From assembly GCF_009914755.1 (NCBI RefSeq), contig NC_060928.1: a stretch of DNA of 64,000 bases; one strand, written 5' to 3'. The DNA is from the human T2T-CHM13v2.0 reference genome, Homo sapiens. A program made the translations under genes and the position numbers. How positions within the stretch are numbered: the stretch's first letter is position 1; every line of letters begins with the position of its first letter. The notes under the pieces are model-generated. The model saw only the letters and a list, made by a program, of their open reading frames with translations, searched no databases and had not been told where the DNA came from. Shown here in pieces: positions 1-13,566 of the stretch.

Positions 1-619
1 ATTAATGTTTAAAGTGATTATTGATATAATTTGATTATCATCTACCACATTTGTTAGTTTTCTATTTGGTGTCACTGCTCTTTGTTTACATTTTTTGCAC
101 AGTATCTCTACCTTTTGTGATTTTAATTGAGAATTTTATATGATTATATTTTTCTCCTTTCTAAGCATAACAATTACACTTCCTTTTTCACTGTATCCCT
201 AGAGTTTACAGTATATATTTGCAACTAACCCAAGTCTACTTTCAAATAATGCTCTATGGCTTCATGGGTAGTAAAAGAACTTTATATCAGAAAAAAAATT
301 CTAATTACTCCCCCCTCATCCCTTGTATCATTATTGTCATATATTTCACTAAGTTATTTATATATATATATTACATATTATATATATTAAACATTTATGT
401 ATATGCATGTGTATGTATGTATTTAAGCCTACATAATTCAATACATTATTATTACTGTTTTAACAATTATTTATTAGATCAAATAAGACTAAGGAAATTA
501 TGTTTTTATTTTACCTTCACATTTTCCTTCTCTGTTGCTCCTTTCTTTATGCAGACCCACGTTTTTGACCTATATCATTTTCCTTCTCTCTGAAAAAGCT
601 TTTTTCTGCTTAATTTGTT

Positions 620-1038
620 ATAATTTTTTATTAATAATATTTTCAATTGACAAATGATAATCAGAAATATGTAAGGGTTACAATGTGATGTTTTGATATA
701 AACAGTGTGGAATGAGTAAATCAGCTAATTAACATATCCATCATCTCTCTTACCCATTTTTTTTTTGTGGTGAATTATTTGAAATTTACTCAGCTATTTT
801 GAAATATATAATACATTATTATAAACCATAGTCAACATTACTGTGCAATAGTTCTCAAAAACCAATTTCTCCTGTCTAACTAAAACTTTTTACCCCTGGA
901 AAATATCTTTTCATTTCCTCCTCCTTCTCCAGTCTCTGGGAACCACCATTCTACTCTCTACTTCTATGAATTTAACTTTTTTATTTGCCTTTCTCTGCAT
1001 GGCTTATTTCATGTAACACAATGCCTTCCAGCTCTATC
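620..1038 (-). mobile_element. L1MA8/9-like 3' end fragment nested in the older L1
   Basis: caattgacaaat...gggttacaatgtgatgttttgatat...aaatcagctaattaacatatccatc...aaccaccattctactctctacttctatga is typical antisense L1MA 3' UTR. Confidence 0.75.
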
Positions 1039-1955
1039 AAAGAACTTCTTTCAACATTTTTTCTAAAGCAAGTCTACTGCCAACAAACTCTCTTTTTAAA
1101 AAAATTTTGTCCAACAAAGTCTTTATTTTTCCTTTGCTTTTGAAGGATAATTTTGCTGGGTACAGAATTTTAGTTTGGTGGTTTCTCTATCTTAAAGATT
1201 CAATTATTTAACTCCACTCTCTTCTTGCTGGCATGGTTTCTGATGGGTCAAATATAATCTTACCTTAACTCTGCTATACACAAGTTGTTTCTTTTCTCTG
1301 TCTTCTTTCCATATTTTTTATTTGTCATTAACTTTCTGAAGTTTTAATATGATATACATAGGTATAGTTTTTTTCATTTTTGTTTTTGTCATTTATCCTG
1401 CTTTATATTCTCTGAGCTCCTGGGCTTGTGGTTTGGAGTTTGGCATTAATTTGAGAAAATTCTCAGTCATTCTTGTTTCAAACATTTCTCCCATTCTGCA
1501 TAGGTTATAGCTTTTGTAGTTGTACCACGTTCATAGATAATCTGGTTTTATTTATGCAGTGTTTTTTTACTGTGCCTTTTAGTTTTTGAAGTTTCTCGTC
1601 ATACCCTGAAGTCAGATATTCTTTCTTAAGCATGTCTTCTCTACTAATGAGCCCATCAAAGGCAATGTTTATTTTTATACTGTTTTTGATATCTAGCATT
1701 TCTTTTATATTCTTTCTTAGAATTTCCACGTCTTTGTTTATATTTTTTTTGTATGTTATCATTTTATCCAATAAATCCCTCAGCACACTATTCATAGTTG
1801 ATTTAAATTCCTGGTCATTAAATTGAACATGCCTGCTTTATCTGAGTATTCTAATGCTTGTTCAGTCTCCTCACATTATGTTTTTTGTCTCTTTGTAATT
1901 TTTGCATGACAAGTGGACATAACGTACTGGTAAAATAAGGTGCAGAAAATAGGCC

Positions 1956-2307
1956 TGTATAGTTTGTTTTCATGCTGCTGATAAAGACATACCCAGGAAT
2001 GGGAATAAGAAGAGGTTTAATTGGACTTACAGTTCCACATGGCTGGAAGGCCTCAGATTCATGGCGGGAAGCAAAAGACACTTCTTACCTGTCTATGGCA
2101 AGAGAAAATGAGAGAGAAGCAAAAGCGGAAACCCCTTTTAAACCCACCAGCTCTTCTGAGACTTATTCACTATCACGAGAATAGCATGGGGAAGACCAGG
2201 CCCCATGATTCAATTACCTCTCCCTGGGTCCCTCCTGCAACACATGGCAATTCTGGGAGACACAATTCAAGTTGAGATTTGGGTGGGGACACAGTCAAAC
2301 CATACCA
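1956..2307 (-). mobile_element. THE1 (MaLR) solo LTR
   Basis: tgtat...gctgctgataaagacatacc...gagatttgggtggggacacagtcaaaccatacca, with TG...CA ends and a perfect 5-bp TSD aggcc (1951-1955 / 2308-2312). Confidence 0.93.
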
Positions 2308-2400
2308 AGGCCTTTAGTAATGAAGTGGTGAGGTGTGGGCAGAGGAAAGTATTCTATAGTCCTGTGATTTGATCTCTGGGCATATGATATCATTTTTGGC

Positions 2401-2705
2401 TTTTTTTTTTTTTTTTTTTTTTTGAGATGGAGTTTTACTCTTGTTGCCCAGGCTGGAGTGCAATGGTGCAATCTTGGCTCACCATAACTTATGCCTCCCA
2501 GGTTAAAGCAATTCTCCTGACTCAGCCTCCCAAGTAGCTGGGATTACAGGCATGCACCACCACACCTGGCTAATTTTGTATTTTTAGTAGAGACAGGATT
2601 TCTCCACGTTGGTCAGGCTGGTTTCGAACTCCCGACCTCAGGTGATCCGCCTGCCTCGGCCTCCAAAAGTGCTGGGATTACAGGCGTGAGCCACCATGCT
2701 GAGCC
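2401..2705 (-). mobile_element. Alu, AluSp-like
   Basis: Poly-T then a full Alu body with ttctccacgttggtcaggctgg...cccgacctcaggtgatcc. TSD atttttggctttt on both sides. Confidence 0.95.
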
Positions 2706-2757
2706 AAATTTTTGGCTTTTAAGAGACATTAAAACAAAATATTCTTTTATGACTGGT

Positions 2758-2758
<1 letters not shown>

Positions 2759-2822
<64 letters not shown>
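2759..2822. repeat. Compound (CT)n(AT)n microsatellite
   Basis: ctct run followed directly by an atat run. Confidence 0.95.
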
Positions 2823-2823
<1 letters not shown>

Positions 2824-4249
2824 AAACATAGGATGTATATTTTGGTATTACTGGTAACTTAATTTTTGAAAATGGTAAGAAAACCTTAAATTAAAAATTT
2901 TATTTCCTCAAAGCATCTATTATTATATACTTCAGTCTAATACTTTACTTATCACTTACTAATGCCTGATGCTTAAAAACAAATCTCTGAAAATAAAAAC
3001 AAAATATATGGTAAATGTGAATAAAATATTCTCACAAAAATGTATTTTTACTAATAAAAATAAGGAATAAATGAAACAGGCGCAAATTTTATTTAAGTTG
3101 CTTTTAGGAACACTTTGATTTCTTCAAAATCCTGAAAAAGCAATTAATTTTACAACTGGATTTTTAATACCAAGTTTATATTGAGATGTGAATTAATTTT
3201 TGTGTGTGGCTTCTTACTAGGTTCAAAAATACCTCAAAATTATAGGGATCTATCATTCAGTATCATGAAGACAAAGAACAAAGAACAAATGTTCTATGAA
3301 GTTGAACACTTCTGTAGGTATATTTCAATACACAGACTAGGAGACATAATAGATTTTTTTTCTGTATTTTAATCTAATGTTTGGTAAAAAAATAAAGACT
3401 AAAAATCCAGTATTGTACTAATAATTAAGATTCAAAATGAGTGGAAAATATATGTATTTTTATAAAATAATATTTTTTTCAATTATGCAAACAATGTACA
3501 CTTATTATAAACATTTGGAAATTTTTCAGGTATAAGGAAGAAAATGACTATTACCTATAAAAGTGATTCCACTATGATAGAGGAAAAGTTCTATGCTCAT
3601 GGGTAACTAGGAATTCTTTTCTCTTGATGGGGTGTAGCGGGGCTGTGTGTTGTGGGAAGTGAGCTTATGATTCACCAAGCCTTCGAAAGCAGAATAGGAA
3701 CAACTCACTAGAAGGTCATATAAAAGACCTTCAGAAGAGGAAAGTATCCTCAGGATATTATTTTGCCATCACGCAGAAATCCTGGCTACAATTTGCCTAC
3801 ATGGAGTATTGATTACATAGCAAACCTTGGGGCAATATTCTTTGTCTAATTCATACACCTTCACTTAACCAAAGAGAAAAGATTGAGAACTTAAGTATTT
3901 TTTTCTGAGATTATAAACGTGCAAATAGCATATACAACATGTAAATGCAGGTTGCTATGATTCTAAAGACCATCATTCAAAAAAGACACTATTTCCTTCA
4001 CATGTCAGGGCAAGCATTAAAAATTGTCTTATACTTACATGTCTCTTTCCCTACCTCCTGAGATCTCTACTAAACTACTGAGAAAAAAACAAACACCTAG
4101 AAACAAAATCTTGGAGATGAAATATAATTTATTTAAATATCTTACTAATAGTTTTGGGTAACTGAATGGGAGGAAGGTTACCAACTGGTAGTTAAACTTT
4201 GTTGTATATTTTAAAAATAATAACAATTAAGAGCAATATGAAGATGGAG

Positions 4250-4652
4250 AACTGAGGAGTTTAGATAAGGAAAAGCAACATAGAAGGTTGAGGTTCTAAT
4301 GGTTAAAATGACCAAAGAGCTTTCTAAGAATAGACATGTTGAATCATCTATTTTACGTAAGTGAATTCATATCTCTGTATTGCTTGAGCTCTGAAAACTG
4401 ATCTGGGCCACTATAGCCCCTCTCCATCAGGAGTCAGCTGATTTTGTTCAAAATATCTAATGTATTTATAACTAGACTTTCTGGGAGTAGATGGGAAAAG
4501 TGTAGGAGTCTGAATTTCTGAATGACCTCTTTAACCACCCCCACCATCACTAAACTAGATTAGAACACAATATGAATAGGAAATAATTGTTAGTTGGGCT
4601 AAGCCACTGATATTTTAGAGTTGTGTGTTAGAGCAGTTAGCTTATCTAATAC
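4250..4652 (+). mobile_element. Degraded MLT1-type MaLR LTR fragment
   Basis: 3' end aaataattgttagttgggctaagccactgatattttagagttgtgtgttagagcag...taatac resembles an MLT1 terminus. The 5' boundary is uncertain. Confidence 0.45.
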
Positions 4653-4699
4653 TGCTGTTTATTATTCAACTCAAACACAAAAATGTTCTAAATAGAATT

Positions 4700-5780
<1,081 letters not shown>

Positions 5781-8165
5781 GGGTGGCAAATTAAATCAAT
5801 TGCCCCACATAAGTCAGAAAATCTTACTCTTCTATTAATCCTGCAACTTTTATGGAGGGCATCTGCACATGCAAAGCAGTGGAAGATTTGACAAATCCTG
5901 AGATTTATTAGAGAGCTTCTCTAACCACAGATAATTCAAAATCTAACTAGGTAATATGACAATATTTAAATTCTGTTAAGAATTAAAAATGTATATAGGT
6001 CAAGAAGAAAAATAATTCATACATTGGGGCAGTAGATGATTAACTGTTTTAATTGTTCCATTAAGTATGCACTATATAATTGCCATAATAGTTTAAGGGA
6101 GGAACAAAGTATTTCAATTTGAGGTGTTAAAGGAAGATTTTATAGTGAAATTGTAACTGAAAAAAAAAAAAACCTGAGAATGAGAAATAGATATTTACAC
6201 AAAACAAACTCCAGGCATTTTTTCCCCAACTACTTTACTGAAATTAACAAAACTCCAAGTTAAGCTGGGTCACAATTTCAAATCAAAATCAAATTAATGA
6301 TTTCATGTATTCTTTTTGCCTTCTAGTCTTTGTATATATACAGTGTTTGCATATTTACCGTATTGTCATAGATAGAAGCTTATATTTCTTTTCTGTTAAC
6401 ATATACCATATATATTTTCTTCCTCATTTTTTTAACAGGTTTTATTCTCCACACTGCAACCCTTTCTACAACAAAATAGGTTAGAAGCCTGGCATGCATC
6501 TTTCCACACCATGCTTCATGCTCATATAATTATGTACAAACATAAAAGGAATTATCTTCTTGTTGCTGTTCACTTTAGAAAGTAGGATCACACTCCAAGT
6601 ATCTTCATATCTTTATTTTATCATTTCAAATATATTATAAAAATATTTTAGTTACTGATCTATGTATTTTATAGCAGCAAAATATTTTATTCTGCCAAAT
6701 CACAATTTAGTCAACTATGCCTCAATCTTAAAAATTCAGATAATTTCCAATTTGGTTTTTTAAAATATTGCCATACCATTGCATATCTGGCATTATAAAT
6801 TGGTGTTTTTATTTTATGCAATAATCGAGCCAAAATAAGTTTGTGTGTAACTAGATAAGTGAGATTTTTCTTTTGTGTTGATGTTTGACTGAGCTCCCAA
6901 TATTGAAAAATTGTAGTTGATAAGTGCATTTATTTGCTTCAGAGAGTATGTAGGCATTTTCAGACATCCCCTCCAGGGCCTGTCAAAAGATAACAAAACT
7001 CCAGTGCTGTGATAATCACTCCATCATTCTAAAATTTTCAATATGAGAAGAAAGCTAAAAATTTTACAGTTTGAAGGAGTCTTGGCAAGGGTGAGGAGTA
7101 TTGTGAGTTTACCTCTTCCATTCCATGCTTCATGGATCACTGTTTTCCACTAAGCCAAACAAGGAACTTCCTAGTTGAGTGGAGCCCTCAGGAAGGGGAA
7201 AATCGGCCTCTTGGCAGCTGGCTTCTTCCTGTTTGGCAGAACCATATACGCCCACCGTGGTGTGGCCACTGAAATAAAATGTGATGATGATGATTCTTGG
7301 GAGAACTTGCAAAGAATTTCTGGGAGTTGTAGGGAATATGCCACGATAGAGAATAGTGCCTGGTGCCTGGGCCTGTCCTCTGGTGGGGAATTTTGAAAGT
7401 AGGAGGCTAGCGGGAACAATCTGGATAAAGGGTGATAGGTAATAATGTAAGCCTACACCAGTACAGTTTCACATGTCTTAAATGTGTGAAATCAAGGAAT
7501 ATATAGACACTAAAGTGCCAAATGAGTCTGAGCTATTTCAAAACTAACCTTCTGGGAGGAAAGATCCCAATAGTGGTAAGCAGTAGAGTGTAAATCTAGG
7601 AACAAATCTATGCTCAAAGAGGGCATCACCTAACATTTGTTGTGTACAAATACCACAGGTCACCAGGAGGACCCATGGATACATTTTCCTAGAAGGCAAG
7701 CATTTGAATACCTGCCATGCAAAAGGTATCAAAGGCTGAATTGCAAAGCACCGGTGATATAAAACTGTCCCCACTTTTCTCTAACATTCCTCTTGCCCAT
7801 CTTTCCTAGGTAAGAGAGCAGAAGGAGAGAGTGGAGAGGGAGAAAAGATAAATGCATAGACCATGCCTCCTTTCTTCATAGCAGTCCACATAACAGAGAG
7901 TCAGGACTGATCTGGGAAATGTTCCCAAACTGATGAAAGATGGAGGTTGTAAATTGGACTTGACTTTGTTATCTGAAAAAGAGTTGTAGTTTTCTTATAA
8001 TTCAAGGTTACTAAAAGACTTTAACATCTTTCTAAAATATCAACAAGCAAGGAATGATGATCTAAGCAAATATGTATGAAGATAATGATGGAAGAAATAG
8101 ACAGCTGTTTATAGTTTTTGCCCCATCCAGTAATGACTTTAATTATTTTTTATTCATACACTTAA

Positions 8166-8310
8166 ATATGTATGTATATGTGTGTATAGGTACATGCATA
8201 TGTATGTATATACACAAACATACATATGTGTATACAGGTATTCAGCTCCTTAACATCAAGAGCTTCATCACATATACACACATGTGCAAACACACACTTA
8301 TACACACATA
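8166..8310. repeat. Degenerate (TA/TG/CA)n low-complexity tract
   Basis: atgtatgtatatgtgtgtata...acacacacttatacacacata. Confidence 0.75.
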
Positions 8311-10080
8311 TTATTAGTGTTATTGCCAGACTAATTTCCAAAATATCCTATTAATAACATGTAACAGCAATTTTTTTTTAGTGCATATTCACAGAACCAG
8401 ACATTACCTCTTTATTTTCTTTTTCAAAAATGTCTGCTAGCAAGGTAGGTGAAATTAGGGCCTCTTTATTCATTTCACTATTTTTATTGTCTACTAGCAA
8501 AGTTGAGAATCATCTTACATGTTTTTTATTTTAAGTTGTTTTGAGTTTCTCATCTGAGGACTATTTATTCCTGTTAGGTGATTTTTTTATATTGAATTGT
8601 TTTCTTCTTAATATAAATTTGTAGGAACTCTTTTTGGAGAATAACTCAATATGCTATATGATGTAAAAATCCTAATCTATTTTATGTCTTTGTTAATGAA
8701 AATTTTGTCAGGCAAAACATTTATATTTTTTGTAGTATAATACTTCTACTTTGTTTTTTGTTTTTTGTTAAAAAACATAAAGGTTAATATATATTTGACT
8801 ATTATTATATAATATATATAAATATATGAGATATAGAATTATATATTTAATATTTGCTAAATTTTCTATTTTTTCATATCCAAATTATACCCTGAAATTA
8901 ATTTTGTTTTATATGAGATATTTTTGATTTTGTCAGCTCCTAGACTCAAGACTGTCCTTCTTCACTGTTTATTCCTCCACCATGAATCTATTGCCTTTCA
9001 GCTGAACTAATTATTCCAGTTTTCTGTTTGTTTGTTTATTACACAGTTCTTTCTTGTGTATTTTTATCAACCTTAACCTCCTGTGTCTTCTTGTCACTCT
9101 GACATGTGAATGAGATCTTATGCTTGAATGGGGTTTTGAATTAGTCTTGTTTTTCTATGGTAGATAGAAGGTGTTTAACTGTCTCAGTGTTGTATGTTGT
9201 AAATAAAAGACAATGCTTTTTTGCTCTTTGTAAATAATTTGTATATCTGCATTGAAACTTTAAGGTTTCATCTTCATCTTTTTTTATTTCAAAGTGAATA
9301 ATTTTTACACGAATTACTTAATGCACTTCTTTTATCATTAAACTCTTCTTAGAATAATAAAACTTCTTTTTTTATATTATTGGCCCTCCCTCTTCTTTAC
9401 TCTCTCCCACCTATTATTTCTCCTGTAATTGAATTGAAATTGTATACAGGTTTGATCTTCTTAATGTATTCTCCATTTTTAGAACTCTCTTTTCTAATTT
9501 CAATCACTTTGTAGTTTCATTTTGTATTGTGATGTATTTCTCTCACTGATCTTCCAGACAGATCTTATTTTTCTGAGATGATTAGTAGTTTCTTGTTAGA
9601 AGTGAGGTAAGAGATTTTATCACATCTTTCTCTATGGTATGTTGAAAAATTATTTTACATTTTTCTTTTCTTTAGTGTCTTTACCCATGAAGATGTCTGT
9701 CTATTATGCATCTCTGTGATGTTTCCCAAGTCTTAGGAATCCAAAATTAAACTTCAGCTTCTTCCTCTATGCTCCTTACATGCTACTAGATTAGTTGGTT
9801 CTTGAATAGTACCTCAAAAAAAGAAAACAAATTTTGTTCCACTTCCTTTGTAGCCCGTATCATTGGGTCATAGGAAGTATTCACACATCAGCCTCATTTA
9901 TTGTACAGCCACACTTCTCCTTTTCTTCCTTAAACATGCCCTAGGTAAATATGTTAGGCTCCTTTGAGACTCGAGAGACCAAAGTTAGTGGGAGGCAGAC
10001 TCCTCCTTTGTGTGGTAGGAAATCTCTGTGCTCCCAAGCTTTCCTAGGCAATAGATTGATGATGGAGGGCCTGGAAACAA

Positions 10081-10597
10081 TTGGGAACTAGTTCAGGTTG
10101 ACTCCTGTTTTCCTTTGACGTACCCCTGTCATTTTACCTTTTGAACATTTCCTTACACTCTGGCACTCAGACTCTCACAGATTCTGAGAACATGGAAGTC
10201 TAAACTACTGCACTATAGCACTCCTATAGTTAGTTTGCTGTAGTTTCTTTGAGGTCAGTAGAATAAAGCAAACCTTCCTAGAACTATGTGTTACTCTTTA
10301 CTGAAAAGTTTTCACAGATTTCTCAGGGTCAGATTCCCTCTGGGAACCTAGAGAGATTACTGCTCTCTTGACTTCTACCAGTCAAAGAGGAGGTCAAAAT
10401 CCTGTATTTTCTTTTCTCCTGTGGAAGTCTGATCTGTGGTGTTTCAAGAGATTTTTAGGCAGAGTGTGGGAACAATAGTTTAGACCTCCACATGCTCAGA
10501 ATCTGTAAGATTCTGAGTGCCAGAGTGAAATGTTCAAAAGATAAAATGACAGGAGTACGTCAAAGGAAAACAGGAGTCAAGCCGAAACAGCTCCCAA
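10081..10597. repeat. Long inverted repeat, arms 10081-10210 and 10473-10597
   Basis: Left arm ttgactcctgttttcctttgacgtac... is the reverse complement of right arm ...gtacgtcaaaggaaaacaggagtcaa. Manual alignment gives about 14 mismatches plus one 5-nt gap over ~130 nt. Confidence 0.93.
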
Positions 10598-10880
10598 AGG
10601 CTAAAAGTGGAACAATCTGAGCAAAAGCCTTAGATTGGGATTACAACCTACGTCGTAAAATAAATATCCTGAGTACCTACTGATATAAACAAGTGACTGC
10701 ATTAACAAATAAATGGAGAGAAGAGGCATCTCTCCTGCAGAAAAATTCCAAATAATTCATTTAAATACTCCCCACTCAAAAAGGTGGTGCCTATCTCTCT
10801 ACTCCTTAAATTAGGGTTGTACTTGGTAACTTGCTTCTGAAGACTAAAGTATGAAACAGGAGAAACAAGTAATTTCAAAA
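10515..10880 (+). mobile_element. L1MC/L1MD-type 3' UTR fragment; the terminal piece resumes at 11406-11455
   Basis: cagctcccaaaggctaaaagtggaacaatctgagc...aaaataaatatcctgagt...aattccaaataatt...actccttaa, and a terminal ctatctttgcaacttttctgtaaatctaaaa at 11406. Confidence 0.75.
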
Positions 10881-10882
10881 GA

Positions 10883-11302
10883 GGTTAGGAAATTGATGTG
10901 GAGGTCAGAGTGGAAGCAGGTGTAAGAGGTTCCAGCCTGGCTGCCAAAGTGTTTGAATTCATCTGCAAGCTCTGCCTGCCCTTAGCTATTGCAGGAAGCG
11001 TGGTGAACTCTGCCGTATATAATGTGGATGCTGAACACAGAGTTGTCATCTTCGACCTGTTCCATGGAGTACAGGACACTGTGGTAGGAGAAGGGACTCA
11101 CTTTCTCTCCTCATGGATACAGAAAGAAACCAGGTATCTTTGACTGCGGCTCTCGACCATGCAATGTGCCATTCATCACTGGTAGCAAAGTAGACAGAAT
11201 GTCAGCATCTCTGCGCATCCTCTTCCCACCTGTCACAGGCCAGCTTCTTCACATCCTTACCAGCGCTGGAGAGGACTGTGATGAGCACGTGCTGTGGTCC
11301 AT
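10883..11302 (+). pseudogene. PHB1: Prohibitin (PHB1) processed pseudogene: 5' UTR plus roughly the first 120 codons, 3'-truncated
   Basis: Translation [56 protein letters not shown] matches the PHB1 N-terminus ([57 protein letters not shown]). It is intronless, retains the 5' UTR gtggaggtcagagtggaagcaggtg, has ATG replaced by CTG at 10937, and is frameshifted near 11120. Similarity continues to ggagaggactgtgatgagcacgtgctgtggtccat. Confidence 0.95.
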
Positions 11303-11405
11303 ATGATTCAATTATCTCCCACTGGGTTCCTCCCACAATGCATGGGAATTATGGGAGCTACAATTCAATATGAGATCTGGGCGGGGACAGAGCCAACCCA
11401 TATCA
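11303..11405 (-). mobile_element. THE1 LTR fragment (about 100 bp)
   Basis: atgattcaattatctcccactggg...gggagctacaattcaatatgagatctgggcggggacagagccaacccatatca. Confidence 0.88.
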
Positions 11406-11802
11406 CTATCTTTGCAACTTTTCTGTAAATCTAAAACAATTGAATTTTTTAAAAATACGTATTTAAAAGAAAATATCACTTTTCACAAAGAACAAATGGG
11501 ACAGAATAATGAAATATAGAATAGATTTTCCTTAAACTAAAAAAAGACATGTACATCTGATTTGAAAGATTCATTGTCATTTTAGCCAAAAGTTTGAAAT
11601 GAAATCAACCACTATACTGTAAGGGTTTCATTTTTATTTTATTTTAAAAAGTAATAGTTACTTTAAAACTTCTTGGGATTAAAAAAGTATATCTGAGAAT
11701 GAATAATAATTAAATTAGTTTTCCCATTGTAGTAATAAAAATATTAATAAAAGCATTAATGAGAGTGTTAATGACAACAATAATAATAATAGCTAGCAGC
11801 AT

Positions 11803-11970
11803 TTTTTTTCATTCATTAAAAAACCTATATCAGGCAATTTCTTTTTGCCAAGTATAATTTCAGGCACTACGGCTTTAATAGTTAATGAAATAGACAAATA
11901 TCTCTGTGTGCGGCTTTAATAGTTAATGAAATAAGACAAATAGCTCTGTCCATACGAAGCTTATATTTTG
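11803..11970 (-). mobile_element. L2 3' end fragment containing a 41-bp tandem duplication
   Basis: ttcattcattaaaaacct...caggcactacggctttaatagttaatgaaatagacaaa...gaagcttatatt. Confidence 0.6.
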
Positions 11971-11971
11971 C

Positions 11972-12230
11972 TGAAATATTTACATAATGCTTACTATGTT
12001 CCAAGTATTCTCCTACTTACCATACATATATATGCATTACATATATTGACTCATTTAATCCTTTTAAATTGCTCTAAGATTTGGCACTACTTTTATTCTA
12101 AATTTATAATTGAAGCAAATGAGTTATAATAAGTTTAAGAAATTTGAACAGGGTCACAGAGCTTTAATTGTAACTAAGTTTCAAATCCAAACAGCCTGAC
12201 TCTGTAGATCATGGTTTTAGCCTCTAGACT
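11972..12230 (-). mobile_element. MIR
   Basis: tgcttactatgttccaag...actcatttaatcct...agggtcacagagc...ttcaaatccaaacagcctgactc. Confidence 0.75.
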
Positions 12231-13259
12231 CCCCTCATGCATTTCGTTTCTCCCTGTTAGGTTGTTCCTCTCCTACTATCACCTCATGCTGATATATGAC
12301 GGTGGCATATGGCTACTTCAGTGGTGAGGACACTGAAGCCTAGCAAGGTCACGTGTTCCAGGGTCTCACTGATGCCCGGGAACAAGGGAGAGAAGAGATT
12401 TGAGGAGCAGTGGTCACAACTCCAGAGGATTACATCTAATAAAATGTTTTATTTGTGAAGGCAATGAGAGACCTTCACAGCAGATGCAAAGATCCAGCAA
12501 AAAGATAGGCTGAAGAGCACTGGCCAGCTATGGGAAAATAAAAATTCCAACAGGGAACTGCCTGCAGTTTCTGCCTCCAGCTTCATGTTCAGAAGTGGGA
12601 CCCATAGATTATTTGGCTAGAACAACATTCTTCACATAAACACTAACGAAAAAGTACTCAACTTATGGGTCCAGTGAAAATAAGAATGTAAAAGTAAGTA
12701 AATCAGAGGAAAATGCATTGCAAGTAAATACCTTATTTTAAATAACAGTGGGCTAAAATAGTGTGTAGCATATTGTAAAGCTAACTTGTAAATTTCAACA
12801 CTATTTTTGAAAGAAAGGATATATGATGTAAGAACAATAATGTAACAATATACTGGTAAGAAATGTCACATTATCCTAATTAAGACCAAAAGGTGTGTGA
12901 GTTAGCAGAAGAGATAAAAGTAATAATATTTTGAACTCTATTAGGTAAAGAAAAATGAAAATATTCCATTTTATTCTTTACTTGACTAACTTCTGAAATA
13001 GAGACCATAAAAAGTATTTTAAACATTTATATTTACCATATTAGTAGCAAAAATCAAAAACAAATAAATATGTTCTAGAAGAATTGATGAAAGATAAGAA
13101 AACGTAATCAATATGGCAAAAGTCAAAAACAAACTACAAAGGTAGTAAAACTAAAAGAACAAAATATTAGGAAAAAATGTGAAAATACAGAGCACTAAAT
13201 AAATTCATCTATTTGAAAATCAAGGATTCTCAGACGTGTTTTTAAAAAATCCAATTATA

Positions 13260-13566
<307 letters not shown>

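Larger units (their letters stand above)
1..2377 (-). mobile_element. Ancient L1 (L1MC/L1MD-type) 5' region with ORF1 relic, interrupted by younger insertions
   Basis: ORF 1505-1795(-) contains KEMLDIKNSIKINIAFDGLISRED, resembling the L1 ORF1p coiled coil (NAFDGLISRLD). L1-like sequence joins across the insertions at 594/1039 (ctctgaa|aagaacttc) and 1955/2308. Confidence 0.75.

Noticed and set aside
7130-7419. Locally GC-richer stretch with overlapping ORFs, possible exon
   Set aside because: No recognisable protein similarity or clear splice-site pair; more likely an old repeat remnant.
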